Source: Octopus sinensis
Lineage: Eukaryota
Assembly: GCF_006345805.1 (NCBI RefSeq)
Contig: NC_043003.1
Coordinates: 71,858,001-71,922,000 of the forward strand
Direction of reading: 5' to 3'
Length of the DNA stretch: 64,000 nt
The notes beneath the pieces are model-generated. The model ran no database searches. It was not told the origin of the DNA and was given only the letters and a program-made list of their open reading frames with translations. A program made the translations under genes and the position numbers. Below are positions 49,635-64,000 of the stretch, in pieces. Within the stretch, counting starts at the first letter, position 1. Each line of letters starts with the position of its first letter.

Positions 49635-50870
49635 GTATATATATATGTATTTCTACATATCCACACACACACACACACACATATATATATACACACAAAT
49701 ATACATATTTGTACTTATAAAAAATGTCAGAATTTGTTTGTACCTGTATGTATGTATTATACTGTTAATGTGTATGAGAGAGAAAACGAGAAGTAGGAAA
49801 AATACAAACTCATGTATGTTAAAAAGATCTGTGTGTCTCTGGAACTATAAGCACAAAGACTCGTAGATGCCCATACATACACACACATTTACAAGTGCTT
49901 ATGTATATAAACATTTCTAACAATATGTATCCGTTTGCATGTATGCACAGCTTTACACAAAATTATGTATATACGATATATGTACAGACAAAAATAAATT
50001 TATATATATATATATATGTATAAATGTTAGTATGTGTGTATATGTATATATATATGTATATTGATAGATAGTTATATGAATGTATCTACATATATACGTA
50101 TTATATACGTACATGTATGTATGTGTGTATGTGTGTGTATGTATGTGTGTGTGTGTGTGTTAGTATTGAAAACAGCTCAGCTTGGCATCCAACAGTGGCG
50201 CCATCTAGTCACTATCAGAAAATGTTTGGAATGTCCTGCTGAGGTTTATTCGTAAGACAACGTAAGAAAAAACAAAAAATAAATACGTATAGGAAACAAG
50301 CATGTATGAAATAACCGGAACTAAATGATAAACATAATAATCTTAATAGTAATAATATTATTATTACAACAAAAACAATAAGATAAATCTAAAGATCAAG
50401 GACTATAACCATTATTGTAAATTTAAGAACAAAACCAAAACAGTATTAACAACAACAACAACGATAGCAGCAGCGGTAACAGCAGCAGCAGCAGTAGTAG
50501 TAGCAACAGCAACAAGAACAACAATAATAGTTGTAGTACTAATTTTTTCTTTTTTTTTTTTGCCACATTGGTATGAGATGAGGGGGACATTATAAGGACA
50601 GTTTGTAATTTGTTTTGGGGTTTACGTAAAGGTTAGGAGAAAGGAAAGAAAATTCGGTTATATGAGATAATGTATCTGAACACAAGACTGATGCCGTCCT
50701 TCTGATATAAGAGTCCCTCCAACTAGGGTCATTCAAGAAACCCCATAGATCTAGGATCACCCTAACCACCAAATAGGTATGAGCCCTCGCACATCTGTTG
50801 CTCTCCAATATACAGTGCAAGCTTGGGGTAGGTTATTTTTGTCACGCTCACCTATCTTTTTACAAATTCG

Positions 50871-50918
<48 letters not shown>

Positions 50919-51049
50919 ATTTTCTTTTCCACTCCCACATTCCTCTGCAAGTGGAAGTTATAAAAAAGGCGAAGAGAGAAGTTATCTTTGCCCAGCCTCG
51001 TCCGCCACACAACCTGTTTCTACCATAGCCACCTGATAGAAAAACACCG

Positions 51050-52150
51050 CCTGTTCTGCCTTATTTAAGGTGGATGGTGGAATGATCCCCATGAAGGACT
51101 CGGTAGATAGTCAGATTCGTCCTACACACGACAGCAGCAATTTTTGATATAAGTTATCAATGTTCGGTAGCATTGCCAGGTCAGATATTTCGTGAGGTTA
51201 TCCATGGTAGTTCCCGAACCATAAGTCCTCTGAAATAGTCTAGCTAGTTCGTCCTCGGCAACACTCAGACTTTCCTAGAGAACGTCATCTCTCTTACCTC
51301 CTACGTAGAAATTCCACCGACCGCATTGCTCGACTGGTAGAGGTTACTGAGCGCTGACGACATTGCAGGGGCCAGGCGGGCGACCAATCTTGGTCTTTTC
51401 TTAATTCATGATTACAGCTCCATCAAAGAGATGAGCTACAGAAAAATGCGTTGCAAACGGCGACAACACCGGTTCATCGTCCAACAAAATCTGTAGGTGT
51501 AGTCTCAGCGCGTGTCTGCACATTAACATCCACATCATACCAAACCCGCCTTCCTGAGGACGCTAACAACAGGTGGAGCACCAGACCAGTAGAACGTATC
51601 TTTTTCACAGGAAGCAGAAAAGTAGACGCCCCAGTCTCGCCAAACGTGGATTGGGGATAAGTCAACGGTCAGTCGTTGCACTTACCCATCAGTAATCCTC
51701 TACATACTGTATTGCTAAAGTGGAACATCCACCGATCCTGTTACCCGACTGGTAGAGATCTGCGAGTGTTTGACGACATTCTTGGTGCCAGGCGCTCAGT
51801 CTCAGTCTTTTCTTTACTCAGGAGACGAACTGTAGAAAGATGTGCCTCACAAACGGAGCTGACCCACGTTCACCATCTAGAAATCATTGCAGATGGTGCA
51901 ACCTGAGCGGGTGCCTGCGCATCAGAAGCCATGTTATGCCTAAGCCGCCATGCAGAGAATACTGACATCAGACTGACTACTTAACCACTGGAATGTCCCC
52001 TCCCACAAGAAAATAAATAAGAGACGCTCCAGTCTCATCACACAGTAACCGAGGTAGGGCACGACAGTCAACTGAAAAATGATGATGGAGGTGATGTAAG
52101 CATTCGCCACTTCTGCCCGACTTTTCAGGGACGGATTCCACTCCGCATCT
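51050..52150 (-). mobile_element. Two tandem, diverged Tx1/L1-like ORF2 C-terminal fragments
   Basis: SLKSRAEVANAYI..LERLLFIFLW; WLLMRRHPLRL (~51900-51950) and GGFGMMWMLMCRHALRL (~51500-51560); homologous to 63030-63400. Confidence 0.65.
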
Positions 52151-52152
52151 TT

Positions 52153-52430
52153 CTGGAAACGGGTGTTTTGTTCATCCTTAAACAACCCTTATTCTGGGAC
52201 CTTTTGAGCGAGATGGGCTACTCGACCTGAACAAAATTCTAACTGGGCCCCCACCTGCAATGTCATGCGATGTTTATCTTGATATGAGAACACCCTGTTG
52301 CGCACATATGGTTGTGATGCATGTGCCTGGTGTACTCTTATCAGACGGGTAGTCATGATGGGTATTTTGGGCTTCGTATATTTTACTCCAGTCACACGTT
52401 GATGGCATGCACTGCTCTGTCACTCAATAA
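52153..52430 (+). mobile_element. 5'-truncated copy of the ~530-bp (AAT)n-tailed element
   Basis: Matches 15727-15972; ends GCACTGCTCTGTCACTCAATAATG. Confidence 0.85.
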
Positions 52431-52648
52431 TGATTATAAATTATAAAGACTGACGTAACTCTTCACGAAGATAAAAAGAAAATAAGAAGAGCGCGATGCG
52501 ATTTGTCATAGATTGCTTATTTTGCAGTTATTCACGTTACATTTTGGACCTGAAGAAGACAGATGATCTGTTGAAATATTGTTCAGACTGTAAAATAAAC
52601 AATCTATTACAAATAGCATCGCGCTCTTCTTACTGTCTAATAATAATG

Positions 52649-52703
<55 letters not shown>

Positions 52704-52832
52704 TAATAATAACAATAACAATAACAATAACAATAATAATAACAATAATAATAATAATAATAATAATAACAATAATAATAATAATAATAATAATAACAAT
52801 AATAATAATAATAATAAGAAGAAGAAGAAGAA

Positions 52833-53640
<808 letters not shown>

Positions 53641-54110
53641 AGGGAATCACCGAGAATGAAGATTGCAAAATCCTGTGGAATGCAATCATTCAGTGGGATC
53701 ACCTGACCAGACATCGGAAACTAGACATTGTTGTGGTGAATAAAAAAGAAAGAACATGCATGATAATCGACATAGCATATCCCTGTGACAACAGGATCAA
53801 AGAAGAGAAAAACTGAACTACTACGACGAGTTGAAGTGGGAAATACGAAGGTTGTGGTCAATGAGGAGAGTAGACGTGATACCTACAGTAATTGCCGCAT
53901 TTGGAAATATCAGCACTCAAGTACCAGCATGGCTCGAAAAGATTGGTGCAAACGTAAAAGTATAACAGTTACAAAAATCATCATTACTTGTAACTGCAAG
54001 AATTCTCACAAGGTTCTTGAAGCATGACCAGTAAACAAGTGTTACCTTAGTCTGCTGGCTGTGGGCAGCTGGCACTTTCCATCACACCCAGCAAAATAAG
54101 CAACAACAGC
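53641..54110 (+). mobile_element. 3' end of a second RLE-type family
   Basis: ENEDCKILWNAIIQWDHLTRHRKLDIVVVNKKE..IIDIAYP; stop near GTTCTTGAAGCATGA; homologous to 12506-12990. Confidence 0.75.
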
Positions 54111-54616
54111 GAGGATTTTGAGATTGGTACTTAGATGTTGAGGATTTTTCACGATACTTAACATCTAGATACCAAGTCTTATCATTTGTGGAAAGAGACT
54201 CTGAGAGACCCCGAAAGACCCTGTGAGACCTTTGACAACAGATTGCTCTCCGCTCTCACAGAATTAACCGGAGCAAGTATGATCGAGAGCTCTGAGAAGT
54301 AAAATAAAATAAAATAAAATAAAATAATACGGACAGACAAAAAATCATCTCCAGTAAATTTTAAAACCTTAATATCTACAATTCTCTGTAAAAATTTTAC
54401 TATCCTTTTCTTTCCATTCCTTTCTCCCTAAGTATTCGAAAATGTAAACATCCTTTTTATTGCAAAAAAAACAAAAAAACACTACAGTTTTCTATGACCG
54501 AACATAAAAAAATTAGAAACTTTAATATCTCCGATTTTGTGTGAACATTTTATCTTTCGTTTTTCCTTGACTACCCGAATATGTAAACATGCCTTTTATT
54601 GTAACAACACAATTAA

Positions 54617-55540
54617 ATGCACGGAAAAAATTTCAAGGACGTAAGCACCTGCCAATATATACATACTGCGCACCTACAAAAACATAGCGACATTATTTGC
54701 AACCTTAAAAGGGTTGACCAGTGGAAGTTGCACCAAGAAACGAACAATGTCGATGGTATTCTGAAATGCATCAGAACAAACAATATTACTAATAATTTGA
54801 TCAAGGCCGCAAGTATTGTTGAGACAGAAAATGTGGGTGTTGATGTCAAGAAAAAGAAATATAATGGGAGTGACAAAAGAAAAGACCCACGGTGGAAAAT
54901 CTCTGAAAGACCCTCTCGAAGGAAATTTCTGTGTTAGACCGAAAAGAGAAAGGGGAACTTAAAAGCGAACAAAAATACAGGGCGCTGAAAAGGAAGTACA
55001 ATATTGAAAGAAAGAGCCTGAAAGTGGTAATGGAGGAACTGAAAGAGCGCCTCGTTGCAAAAAAAAAAACAAAAAAAAAACGCAAAGATGGTAAGATACG
55101 ACCAAAGAATGAAGGGTTACCAGCAGAATAGGTTATTCAGAGTAGATAAGAAGAGATTCTATAAAGAAATAAATAGAGAGTGCACAGATGAAAAGTTGAT
55201 ACCAGATAACAATGAAAATCAAATGTTTTGGAGTGACATCTGGAACAAATCAAGGAGCACAAGAAGGATGCTGAATGGTTGCAAGAACCGAAATTATCAG
55301 AAGTAAGAAGGAATATAAGAGACGCCACGATAATATAGCCAGGCTTGTCCATTGGACACTTTGCAACAAGTATGGATTTGACAGAAAAAAAAATTGGTAC
55401 GACTACAAACCCGAAGGCATCATTGAAAATAATAATGCAAATATCCTGTGGGGTTTGTGATTCAGTGCGACCATGAGATAGAGAGTAGTAAGCCAGATAT
55501 AGTTTTAATTGAGGAAGAAAGCAAACTATGCTGGATCATA
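54617..55540 (+). mobile_element. Internally deleted R4/Dong-like relic (N-terminal region joined to RLE region)
   Basis: NNLIKAA, PRWK, QQNRLF..FWSDIW, then EYKRRHD..VHWTLC..ILW..KPDIV; RT absent. Confidence 0.75.
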
Positions 55541-55990
55541 GAAAGTTATCCATGAATCCTGGTCCGGAAACCTCCAAGAACAAATCAGCCGATTATTTTC
55601 CTGGACAATTTTATTTGCCACTAATTCTTTACAGGACTCTAGTGTCGAATTCTTTCTTACTGGATTGCATGGAAGGTTGTGAACGCTTAACGACATTGAA
55701 ACCCCGTGTCTCGGCCTTTTCGTGGCTTGGGACTATCAAAGAGACGAAGCGAAAAACGAATCTGAGGAAAGGTCGCCAGATTGGATCATCTTCAAGGAAT
55801 CACTGGAAATATAGTAACCTGACAATTAGCTAAGGTATACCCAGCCTTCCACGTACATGTGTTTATAAAAGATAGACCATCTGACGTGGAACGCATTCCT
55901 TCCACAAAAGCAAGAGAATAAACGCTCCAATCTGCTCAGACGCGAAACCGAGGCAAAGGTCATGATTCCATCCATGCCAGGTACCTTACC
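55541..55990 (-). mobile_element. Degenerate Tx1/L1-like ORF2 fragment
   Basis: Minus SRLERLFSCF.. homologous to the same segment at 52000-52060 and 63120-63190. Confidence 0.45.
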
Positions 55991-56201
55991 TATGATGTAC
56001 CATATGTAAATAGAGTTTTTTTGTGGATGAATCTATTCGGGGTAGCGCATGCTTGTGCATCGGTAATCAGACTAGCAATCTTGTCACCAGCTCCTTGTGT
56101 AAATCTTGAAATTTTTGTTTAGTAGAATCACGGACCAAGAATTATCATTGTGATCCCTTTTATTTAGGTGTGTGTGCGTGTGTGTATGTATGTATGTGTG
56201 T

Positions 56202-56253
<52 letters not shown>

Positions 56254-57000
56254 GTATGTGATTCTTTTTGTCAGTTTACTCATAGATAACTGTTGCCTAT
56301 GTACTTCATGTACTTCATTGACTGACAACTAACAATTATCGTCCACGCGCAAATTAATCAGTTGGGATGTATTGCCCTATTTTATTCATTTATTTCCACT
56401 GATATTTATTGGCTGTCAATGCAGAAATCATTTGAACTGAAAACTGTAATCGAATTTGGCGAAGTGCTTAGTGCTGAGAATAAATCACATTCAATGACCA
56501 CAACTGATGCCTGTACATTTGCACAATGCAATGAAAAATTGTTCTTGAAATATTTAAAGTTCCTTTAATCTCTTGATCGCCATGAAGCGAAAGCGAATTC
56601 AGCAAACATTCGTTGCTTCGTGACCATCTCTCCAAACATTCGTTATCTTCGAATATTCCGTGCAGGGGTGTCATCATTGGCACGCACCAATTACTGACGT
56701 AAATGTTGGCATTATCAAACTTCCTTCTCTTCATCTTTTCCATTTCTTTTTTCGCGCTCCAATATTTTTTGTTGACATCATTATCCTGTTCCTGTCCTAC
56801 TGCCTTTTCCTTACCACTGCTTTTTTTTTTACATAATGTATTTATGTATAGAAAAACAAAGTTTGTTTGGGTCGACATAATACTGTAATACTACAATAAA
56901 GGTTACTTGAACTGTAGATTGTTGGTTAAAACAAATTTTTTTTTCTTCTATCGGCAGTGATCCGGATAGGCTACAGTTATCTACAAAAATGTTTCCTTGA

Positions 57001-57012
57001 AAGAGAGAGAGA

Positions 57013-57100
<88 letters not shown>
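57001..57100. repeat. (GA)n microsatellite
   Basis: Direct reading. Confidence 0.97.
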
Positions 57101-57102
<2 letters not shown>

Positions 57103-57575
57103 ATGACAGAGACAGACAGAGACAGAAAAGAGAAATCATCCCCACAGAAAGTTTTCTTCAGATTAAAAAAGCCACTTGCAAAAACAGAAGATTTTCTGTA
57201 ACGGTAGAGGATAGTGTTTAAGCATTACGGATTCCCACAGGAAATAAAATAAACGCTGCTGATGATGGTAGCACGGATGGTAGTCGGGGTGTCGAGAGAC
57301 AACATGTCTCCAGAACAACAACAAAAACAAAAGTAGGGTAGCAGTGAAGAGTTAGGAGCGGGTGTTAGAGGTCACCTATTTTACTCAATGTCATTGTGAA
57401 TACCACTCGACAAAATAGAAGCCATAAGAACTAGAGATATATATATATATATAATAAAACTGTGAATTAGATGTTCAAAGTTAAACGATATCAAATAATT
57501 TCAGTACAAATGTGGGATGTATCGTAATTCCGTCAATGACTGCCATCCTTAGACTGTCATGTAATTGATTTCTGC

Positions 57576-57625
<50 letters not shown>

Positions 57626-57634
57626 CTGTCTATC

Positions 57635-57667
<33 letters not shown>

Positions 57668-57757
57668 GTATGTATGTATGTTTGTTTATGTATAAGTATG
57701 CCTTTGTGTGAGTGTGTGAGTGTGAGCTTGTGTATGTCTAATAATTAAGTACCAATC

Positions 57758-58085
57758 AGGCGCAGGCGTGGCTGTGTGGTAGAAGCTGTGGTAGAAGCTT
57801 ACATCCCAATCACATGGTTCTAGGTTCCGTCCCACTGCGTGGCCCCTTGAGAAAGTGTCTTCTACAATAGCCGCGGGCCGAATAAAGCCTTGTGAGTGGA
57901 TCTGATAGACGGAACCTGAACGAAGCCCGTCGTATATATATTTATATCTATATCTATATCTATATCTATGCGTGTGTCTTTATGTCTTATGTTTGTCCTC
58001 CACCACCGCTTGACGATCGGTGTGTTTGCCTTCCCACAACTTAGCGGTTTGGCAAAAGTGTAGATACAATAAGTACCAGGTATTA
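57758..58085 (+). mobile_element. SINE family 1 copy with internal (TA/TCTA) tract
   Basis: AGGCGCAGGCGTGGCTGTGTGGTAG..GTTCCGTCCCACTGCGTGG..AGCCTTGTGAGTGGAT..AATAAGTACCAGG. Confidence 0.85.
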
Positions 58086-58158
58086 AAACAGTGGACCGTT
58101 TTCACCAAGGAACTCACGCCCATGAACAGGAGGTGGTTGATTGTTAGGGATTTTTCCT

Positions 58159-59990
58159 TTAGTTGGTACCCGAGGTTATCATGCAGAGAACAAAAGACAA
58201 CGGAGATAGGCTATCACTCTGGAAAATCCCTCTTCCGATACCCAGAGTGCCGAAAATGTTTCGGTAAGATGTCAGTTCAGTTTTACATCCTACTATGTTT
58301 CTCTTCAGGAAACACGTTACATTCTTCGTAATTTCAAACAGATCTAAGCACTCGATGATCCACGAATGTGGAATCATATCATAAACTTTGCGATAATCAA
58401 TCTCGGTCATTCCCAGATTTGTTCTGCTTCGTATACAATCTTGCATTACCATTTTGTTGATCTTTGATATCCTTTTATAGCATTTTTGTTCTGTCGGTAA
58501 CATATCGTTCTCATCAAGATATTTATACACTTCTTTTGCAATTTTTCATGAGAGTAACCTCTACAGTAATGGGAGGCAAGAAATTGGTCTGTAATTCTTA
58601 GCAGCATTTCCCTTTGATGCACCATTCAAGCACAACACCGTTCGTCCTTTTGTCAACCAGCCCCGGATTTCTTCTCCATTGATCAATTTATGGCAACTAC
58701 GTGTACACTATCAGGTCCTGCTGCTTTCCAATTGCTTGTCTGTTTACTCATATTTCTGATACTGTCTTCTGTGAAGCGGATAGCCTCTTGCTGGGGATAA
58801 GAAGCTGTTTGCATCAGGCTACAGAGCCATTCAGCTGTAGTATTATGTTGTTCTTGCTTACTCCATATCTTACCCGCAAAAAGTCGACTTTCATCAGGGA
58901 CTAATCTTTCACGTTTTTTGTCATCATTAAATTGTTAGTAAAATCTTTTTTGGTCGGTTCTGAACAATTTATTTCACTGGTATTACTTAATCCGTTGTTC
59001 AAACCTAGTTTGCTTTGCTTTTCTTGCATGTATGCACTGCTTCAGATCTTCAATTACAACATTCAGGCCTTTTGTATCTACACCATACTTCTTCCTAACG
59101 CTTTCGAGTTTCCTTTCATAAGTTCTCCATCTTTTTCCTGACAATCATTGACACTACACTGTTGAAGGAGTTTATATCTTCATTAATTCACCTTCTCCAC
59201 CATGGTTGTTTATTTCCTCTTCTATCCGTTGCTGTTCTATTCTCAGTACTTCTCAATCTCATCCTTTCCGCCACAATCCTATTAGCAGCCTTGATACGAT
59301 TATTTGTTTGTGTGATGTTATTTGTTTCAATGTATCTCAATACATTATTGACTTTATTTGTATCTTGATTTAGTTTCCAATGGTTAGTTGTATATAAATT
59401 CCGTCCCTTCTATATTTAATAGATCCAAAATTCACGGTATTATATTCTTGCAAAGAATTGTCCATCTTTTCCACTATACCACTTTCGTTTCTTGCATGCT
59501 CAGCATCACCCAATATTCTTCTTTAAATTGGAATTCTGTTAACCATACGTGCTTTCGTATTGCTCTTGCTTGGTCAGATAATCTCTGTTCAGTAATTTCA
59601 AACAGTTCCATTACCTTCCATTCACTGCGCATTCATTTTCTGACAGGCACGCCATTTGTATCTAACGCGGTGCTCTGGTAGTAACACTCCATAACCATCA
59701 TGTTTACTTGTTTACTCCACTTATGTCTTGTAACATGGCTAGCAGTCGTTCGATTACAACCGAGCCCACCTTGCTGGACAGTGGGGCACCTGCCGGATGC
59801 GGCACCTTCACAATTGGTTCCAGTTCCGTTCATACCATTATCGTCATCTATTTTGCTTGGCATTTTCACTCATAAATGTGTGTTTTTAGGTTACTACCAA
59901 CCAGTATTTTTATCGAGATACCATATTTATCAAGGTAGTCCACCAAGGCAGCAGGGGCCTTGCTCTCCTAGTTTTGAACTTAAAGGACAG
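58159..59990 (-). mobile_element. 5' half of an R4/Dong-like retrotransposon (5'UTR, ORF start, partial RT)
   Basis: Starts directly after (AAT)n; ATG 59869 ..KWSKQVNMMVMECYY..; RT motifs IDYRKVYDMIPHSWI and RGIFQSDSLSPL at 58159-58530; frameshifted. Confidence 0.8.
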
Positions 59991-60489
<499 letters not shown>

Positions 60490-60493
60490 GTTA

Positions 60494-60555
<62 letters not shown>

Positions 60556-60599
60556 GGATGCTTTACTTCTCAGAACTCTCGATCTTACTCTGGTTGACT

Positions 60600-61260
60600 C
60601 TGAGAGAGGAGACAGCAACTTCTTGTCAGAAGTCTCCGCAACTTATAAAGGTTTGGTACCTGGATGTTAACTCATCGTAGAAGACACTCAACACCCAGGC
60701 ATAAATCTTAAAATCCTGGCTGTCCTCGATACAGCAGTTTTTTGGGCCTGCTCTGCTCTCATGTCAGATCCAGTTTCTCTGATATATTTCTCGATCCTGG
60801 TTGTTAGTGCTCTGAGTTCCCCTACAATTACTGGGATGATAGTTACTCTCCTCCTTGCCCACATTCTTGCAATTTCGTCTTTTAGTAGTCTGTATTTCTC
60901 CATCTTCTCCTGCTCTTTGTCATCTTTTTCTACTTTTTCTTTGTCATTTCCTTTTCCTTTATTCACCACAACAATGTTTGGACTCATTCCTAGTAGAGTT
61001 TGTCTTCATTCCTGGTAGACTTTATGTGGTTAGCGGGTTACCTACTACCTGTAACTTTAGATATCCTCACGCTTTTCATAATCTGTCAAAGGCTCAAAAT
61101 CCTTCTGATAAGCTTTCCTGTTCCTAAGATGTTCTGTAGAAGCTCTACAGGACATTCTATTCCAATCTCCTTCAATCATTTGTCTATATTATTATTCACA
61201 GTTCCTAATGCATCAATTATTACAGGTACAACCTTTACAGTTTTCATAATCCAATGTTGA
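60600..61260 (-). mobile_element. Two further RLE-type 3' ORF ends in tandem
   Basis: 60688-60987 PNIVVVNK..EKMEKYRLLKDEIARMW..IIPVIVG..RTARILR; 61080-61255 VVPVIIDALG..LGTGKLIRRIL*. Confidence 0.7.
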
Positions 61261-61294
61261 AATCAAACAAACATGATGGATTAATTAGTAAGCA

Positions 61295-61390
61295 ACCTGA
61301 CCCAAAAGTCAGGTCACTCGTGGTTTTATGTATTTTTTTCTGTGAGCAGACCTCGAAATCTCCTTATTAAGGAATATTCATTGTTAAAAT
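61295..61390 (+). mobile_element. Tx1/L1-like 3'UTR fragment (likely continues at 62775-62960)
   Basis: CAAAAGTCAGG..GAGCAG.CCTCGAA.TCTCCT..CATTGTT matches the reverse complement of 14225-14315. Confidence 0.55.
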
Positions 61391-61729
61391 GTTATCTATC
61401 AGTGTTATACTAAAGCTCAAACTTTTTGTGGTGTTAGTAGTGTTATGGGCTGTGATGGAGCTATGTGGTGTTGGTGGAGGGGATTGCAGATGAGGTGGAC
61501 GGAAGTAAGGCTTGCAGGGGCCGGCGGAAGGGTGAAAGAGGCATGCGTGGGCAGGAAGCACGTGTGGGGAGTTCGAGCTGAGACGACAGAGAGGCAAGAC
61601 GTGTTTAGTTCGTGAGAGTGACCGTTGATTCCGCCGAGGTCAACAGGTAAGGCCTTTTGTATTTCTTTCTCCTGTTTGCTTCTTTTTCTGTTGTCCTTTT
61701 CTTCCATCACACTACAGTTTTTTTTCCTG

Positions 61730-62025
61730 CAATTTGATTAAGATGATATAGATTACAAATAAAATAGTCATTTCCCCCTTAAAAAAAAATGAAATTGATA
61801 ATGTCGACACTTCAAAGAGTCGCCGCAGCTACCACCTTTTTCCTCACTTTCTTTCACTAATCATTGATACAACTTTCGAGTTCCGTGGAATGAAAGATTG
61901 AAATTCTCCCTATATTTTTATGAGATATATTTTGAATCACCGGTACTTGATTTTTTTTTCTTAAAGGGGAAAATTACTATTTCATTTAAAATAAAATTAA
62001 TCTTTATAATCTTAATCAAAAAACA
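61730..62025. mobile_element. Putative MITE with ~70-bp imperfect terminal inverted repeats
   Basis: TTGATTAAGAT..AAATAGTCATTTCCCCCTTAA / TTAAAGGGGAAATTACTATTT..ATCTTAATCAA. Confidence 0.5.
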
Positions 62026-62099
62026 GAAAAACAGACAGAGAGACTATCTATTTATAGACGAAGATCAGTTGCAATAGGTGGAGTTGAATTTCATAAGAA

Positions 62100-62700
62100 T
62101 GGAAAAACAAACAACAACAAATGGGTTAAACCTCATAATGAAACTCTTTTAAGAGTGTTCAAACGCCACTGCAACTTTGAAATCGTTGCCTCAGTGAGGT
62201 CAATTAAGAACGTCATCAAGTACACGCTGAAAGGCAAAGACGAAGCTGCTGTTCAAATAAACAATGACAACGAAATTAGTCATTATCTAATGGATATTAT
62301 ATTGGACCATTTGAAGCAGTTACATCCATTTTCAATTCATGAAAGCACCTGCAGTAGTGAGACTGCGAGTTCATTTACCAGATGCACAGAGAATATTATT
62401 AGAAATAATGAGGATGTATATGGCTATCATGAACGACATATGAGAACAACATTGACAGAATTCTTTTCATTGTGCATCAATTATGACTTTGCAAAAACAT
62501 TACTTTATGCTGAAGTACCCATGTATTTCACTCGGAACAATAGAAACAAAGAATGGCAAAGAAGAAAGCGAGGAAAAATTCCGAATGCCATTTGAACGTT
62601 TTCAAAGAAGAAACACCTGGTCGTGTTTATGTTGCACAGCAAAGGCAGAAGAACTGTATTATTTCAGAATTTTATTGCATGAAGTTCGAAATGGTATTTT
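62100..62700 (+). mobile_element. Helitron Rep/helicase fragment
   Basis: HCNFEIVASVRSIKNVIKYTLKG..EI..Y; TTLTEFF..LLYAEVPMYFT..WQRRKRG; GRVY..YYFRILLHEVR; frameshifted. Confidence 0.85.
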
Positions 62701-62774
62701 TTCCAATCCCGCCGCGCATCAACGTTTTCAACTTGGAGTGGTTGTGACCCAACGGGTCACGGTGGGTACATCTA

Positions 62775-62960
62775 GTTACTACTAAGTTTTGGTTACACCT
62801 GTTTACACAGAAAACCCTCATAACACACACGCACACGTATATACACACATGCGTGCACACACATACAAACACACGCACACACACGTCAACACACGCAGAG
62901 TTTTGTCCTGTGTCGTCTTTAATGTTTCTCTTAATGTAAACCCTTTGTGATTAATGACGA
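62775..62960 (+). mobile_element. Tx1/L1-like 3'UTR end
   Basis: CCTGTTTACAC..AAAACCCTCA..(CA)..GTTTTGTC..GTAAACCCT..AAT.ACGAAATCAT matches the reverse complement of 14060-14195. Confidence 0.6.
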
Positions 62961-63029
62961 AATCATGATTAACATCGTGTGCTCAAGAACTGGGAAGAAG
63001 TGATGATCAGGGTGACAAGTCTCCCCTAG

Positions 63030-64000
63030 AAATGCACTGAGGAGAAACTATCCCTGAAGGGTTGGTGAATGCCTACATCGTATCTGTCATCTGCTACTGT
63101 CTTACCGTCGTGCCTTGCCACGCTTCATGGCTGACCAGAAAAGAACGCTTGCTCTTTCGCTTTCTTCGAAGAAGACACATTTCTGTTTGTCAGACGGTCA
63201 ATTTGATTCAACAACCGTAGTGTGGATGACTGACTGATGGTCCGTTACATGAGCTGAAACTACGACATCTGTAGCGTTTCCATAACTATTTGCAGGTGAG
63301 GTCGACGTTTTTTAGACTCGCTTATCTGCAGTTTATCTCTTTGATAGACCTGCAGTCTGGGTTTCTGTAGAGGATTAGTGTTGGCTAAAAGCGGTGACGT
63401 CCTCGGGAAACTTTGGATGCCGATGAAAATCAACTAACCTGTCTCTTCCGAAGGACTTTCGGACCTGGGCCATCGGCAATTTCAAGAAATGATTGGCTTG
63501 ACACTGCACCCAAGAAGTATTGTCGGTTTGGAATAAGCTCTACAGGCATAGTAGTGTCGCCAACCACATCTGTCCGAAATGTGAGCAGGGCGACGCAACC
63601 ATTCTACACGTGCTAGTACGGTGCTCAAACATTGTTGGTTATGTCAAACTGTTGCTTTCATGTGTAGGATGGATGCGACTATTGATTGACTCCGTTGTGA
63701 AGATAACCATCTTCCTTTGGCCAGAAAGGGCAGGCACTTTTCCTCTGTCTGGTATCTACGGCATAAGAGGTTGTGTGACGGACAATATTGAAAGAAGTGA
63801 AGACCACCACTTTACTCTTCGACCAAGCTCTCGTGGTCTTTTTAAAATTCCACTTGAAAAGGTTGAAGCGAGTGTGCTACCCTTCACTCAGTAAATTTGT
63901 TGAAAGGTGAGTGAATATTGCGAGTATGGCCCGAGTAAGTAGGCCTACTCTAGGCCAGCACTTGCTGGCTGCAGAGTATGTAGGAAAAGGAGTCTGGTGA
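63030..64000 (+). mobile_element. Degenerate Tx1/L1-like ORF2 C-terminus with zinc-knuckle remnant
   Basis: LSLKG..VNAYI, ERLLFRFL, ICPKCEQGDATILHVLVRC, KFVERWV-like end; homologous to 14330-14515 and 51050-52150. Confidence 0.65.

Noticed and set aside
56468-56878. 136-aa minus-strand ORF with a faint Mutator-like transposase flavour
   Set aside because: Too degenerate; no catalytic motif identifiable
59870-59990. HDV-like ribozyme expected in the R4-like 5'UTR
   Set aside because: I could not identify P1/P1.1/P3-L3/J4-2 by eye; needs a descriptor search

Overview
AT-rich, microsatellite-dense animal genomic DNA with no host protein-coding gene that I can support. The SINE families resemble octopus/cephalopod tRNA-derived SINEs as I recall them; this was not checked by search. 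The window is mostly repeats. (i) A ~9.4-kb tandem array of a 26-bp monomer (3105-12505) has higher-order duplications and two short internal inversions. (ii) Many non-LTR retrotransposon relics are present: R4/Dong-like RLE elements, including three near-identical 5'-truncated copies each embedded in (AAT)n and two same-orientation pile-ups, plus Tx1/L1-like, RTE, CR1-like and NeSL/R2-like fragments. (iii) Penelope-like elements include a RT-thumb + GIY-YIG copy and a fold-back element, with recognisable type I hammerhead ribozyme motifs. (iv) DNA transposon relics include mariner, pogo/Tigger with a PHD finger, a probable Sola2-like relic, another DDE family, a Helitron fragment and MITEs. 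(v) There are several modular SINE families. Other notable signals are a ~530-bp (AAT)n-flanked non-coding element lacking a tRNA head, an old 33-bp (11-codon) degenerate array split by the pogo element, and tandem RFX X-box motifs next to a CCAAT box and a GC-rich CCG repeat. Most ORFs in the supplied track are artefacts of simple or tandem repeats. Coordinates of degenerate elements are approximate (tens of bp).
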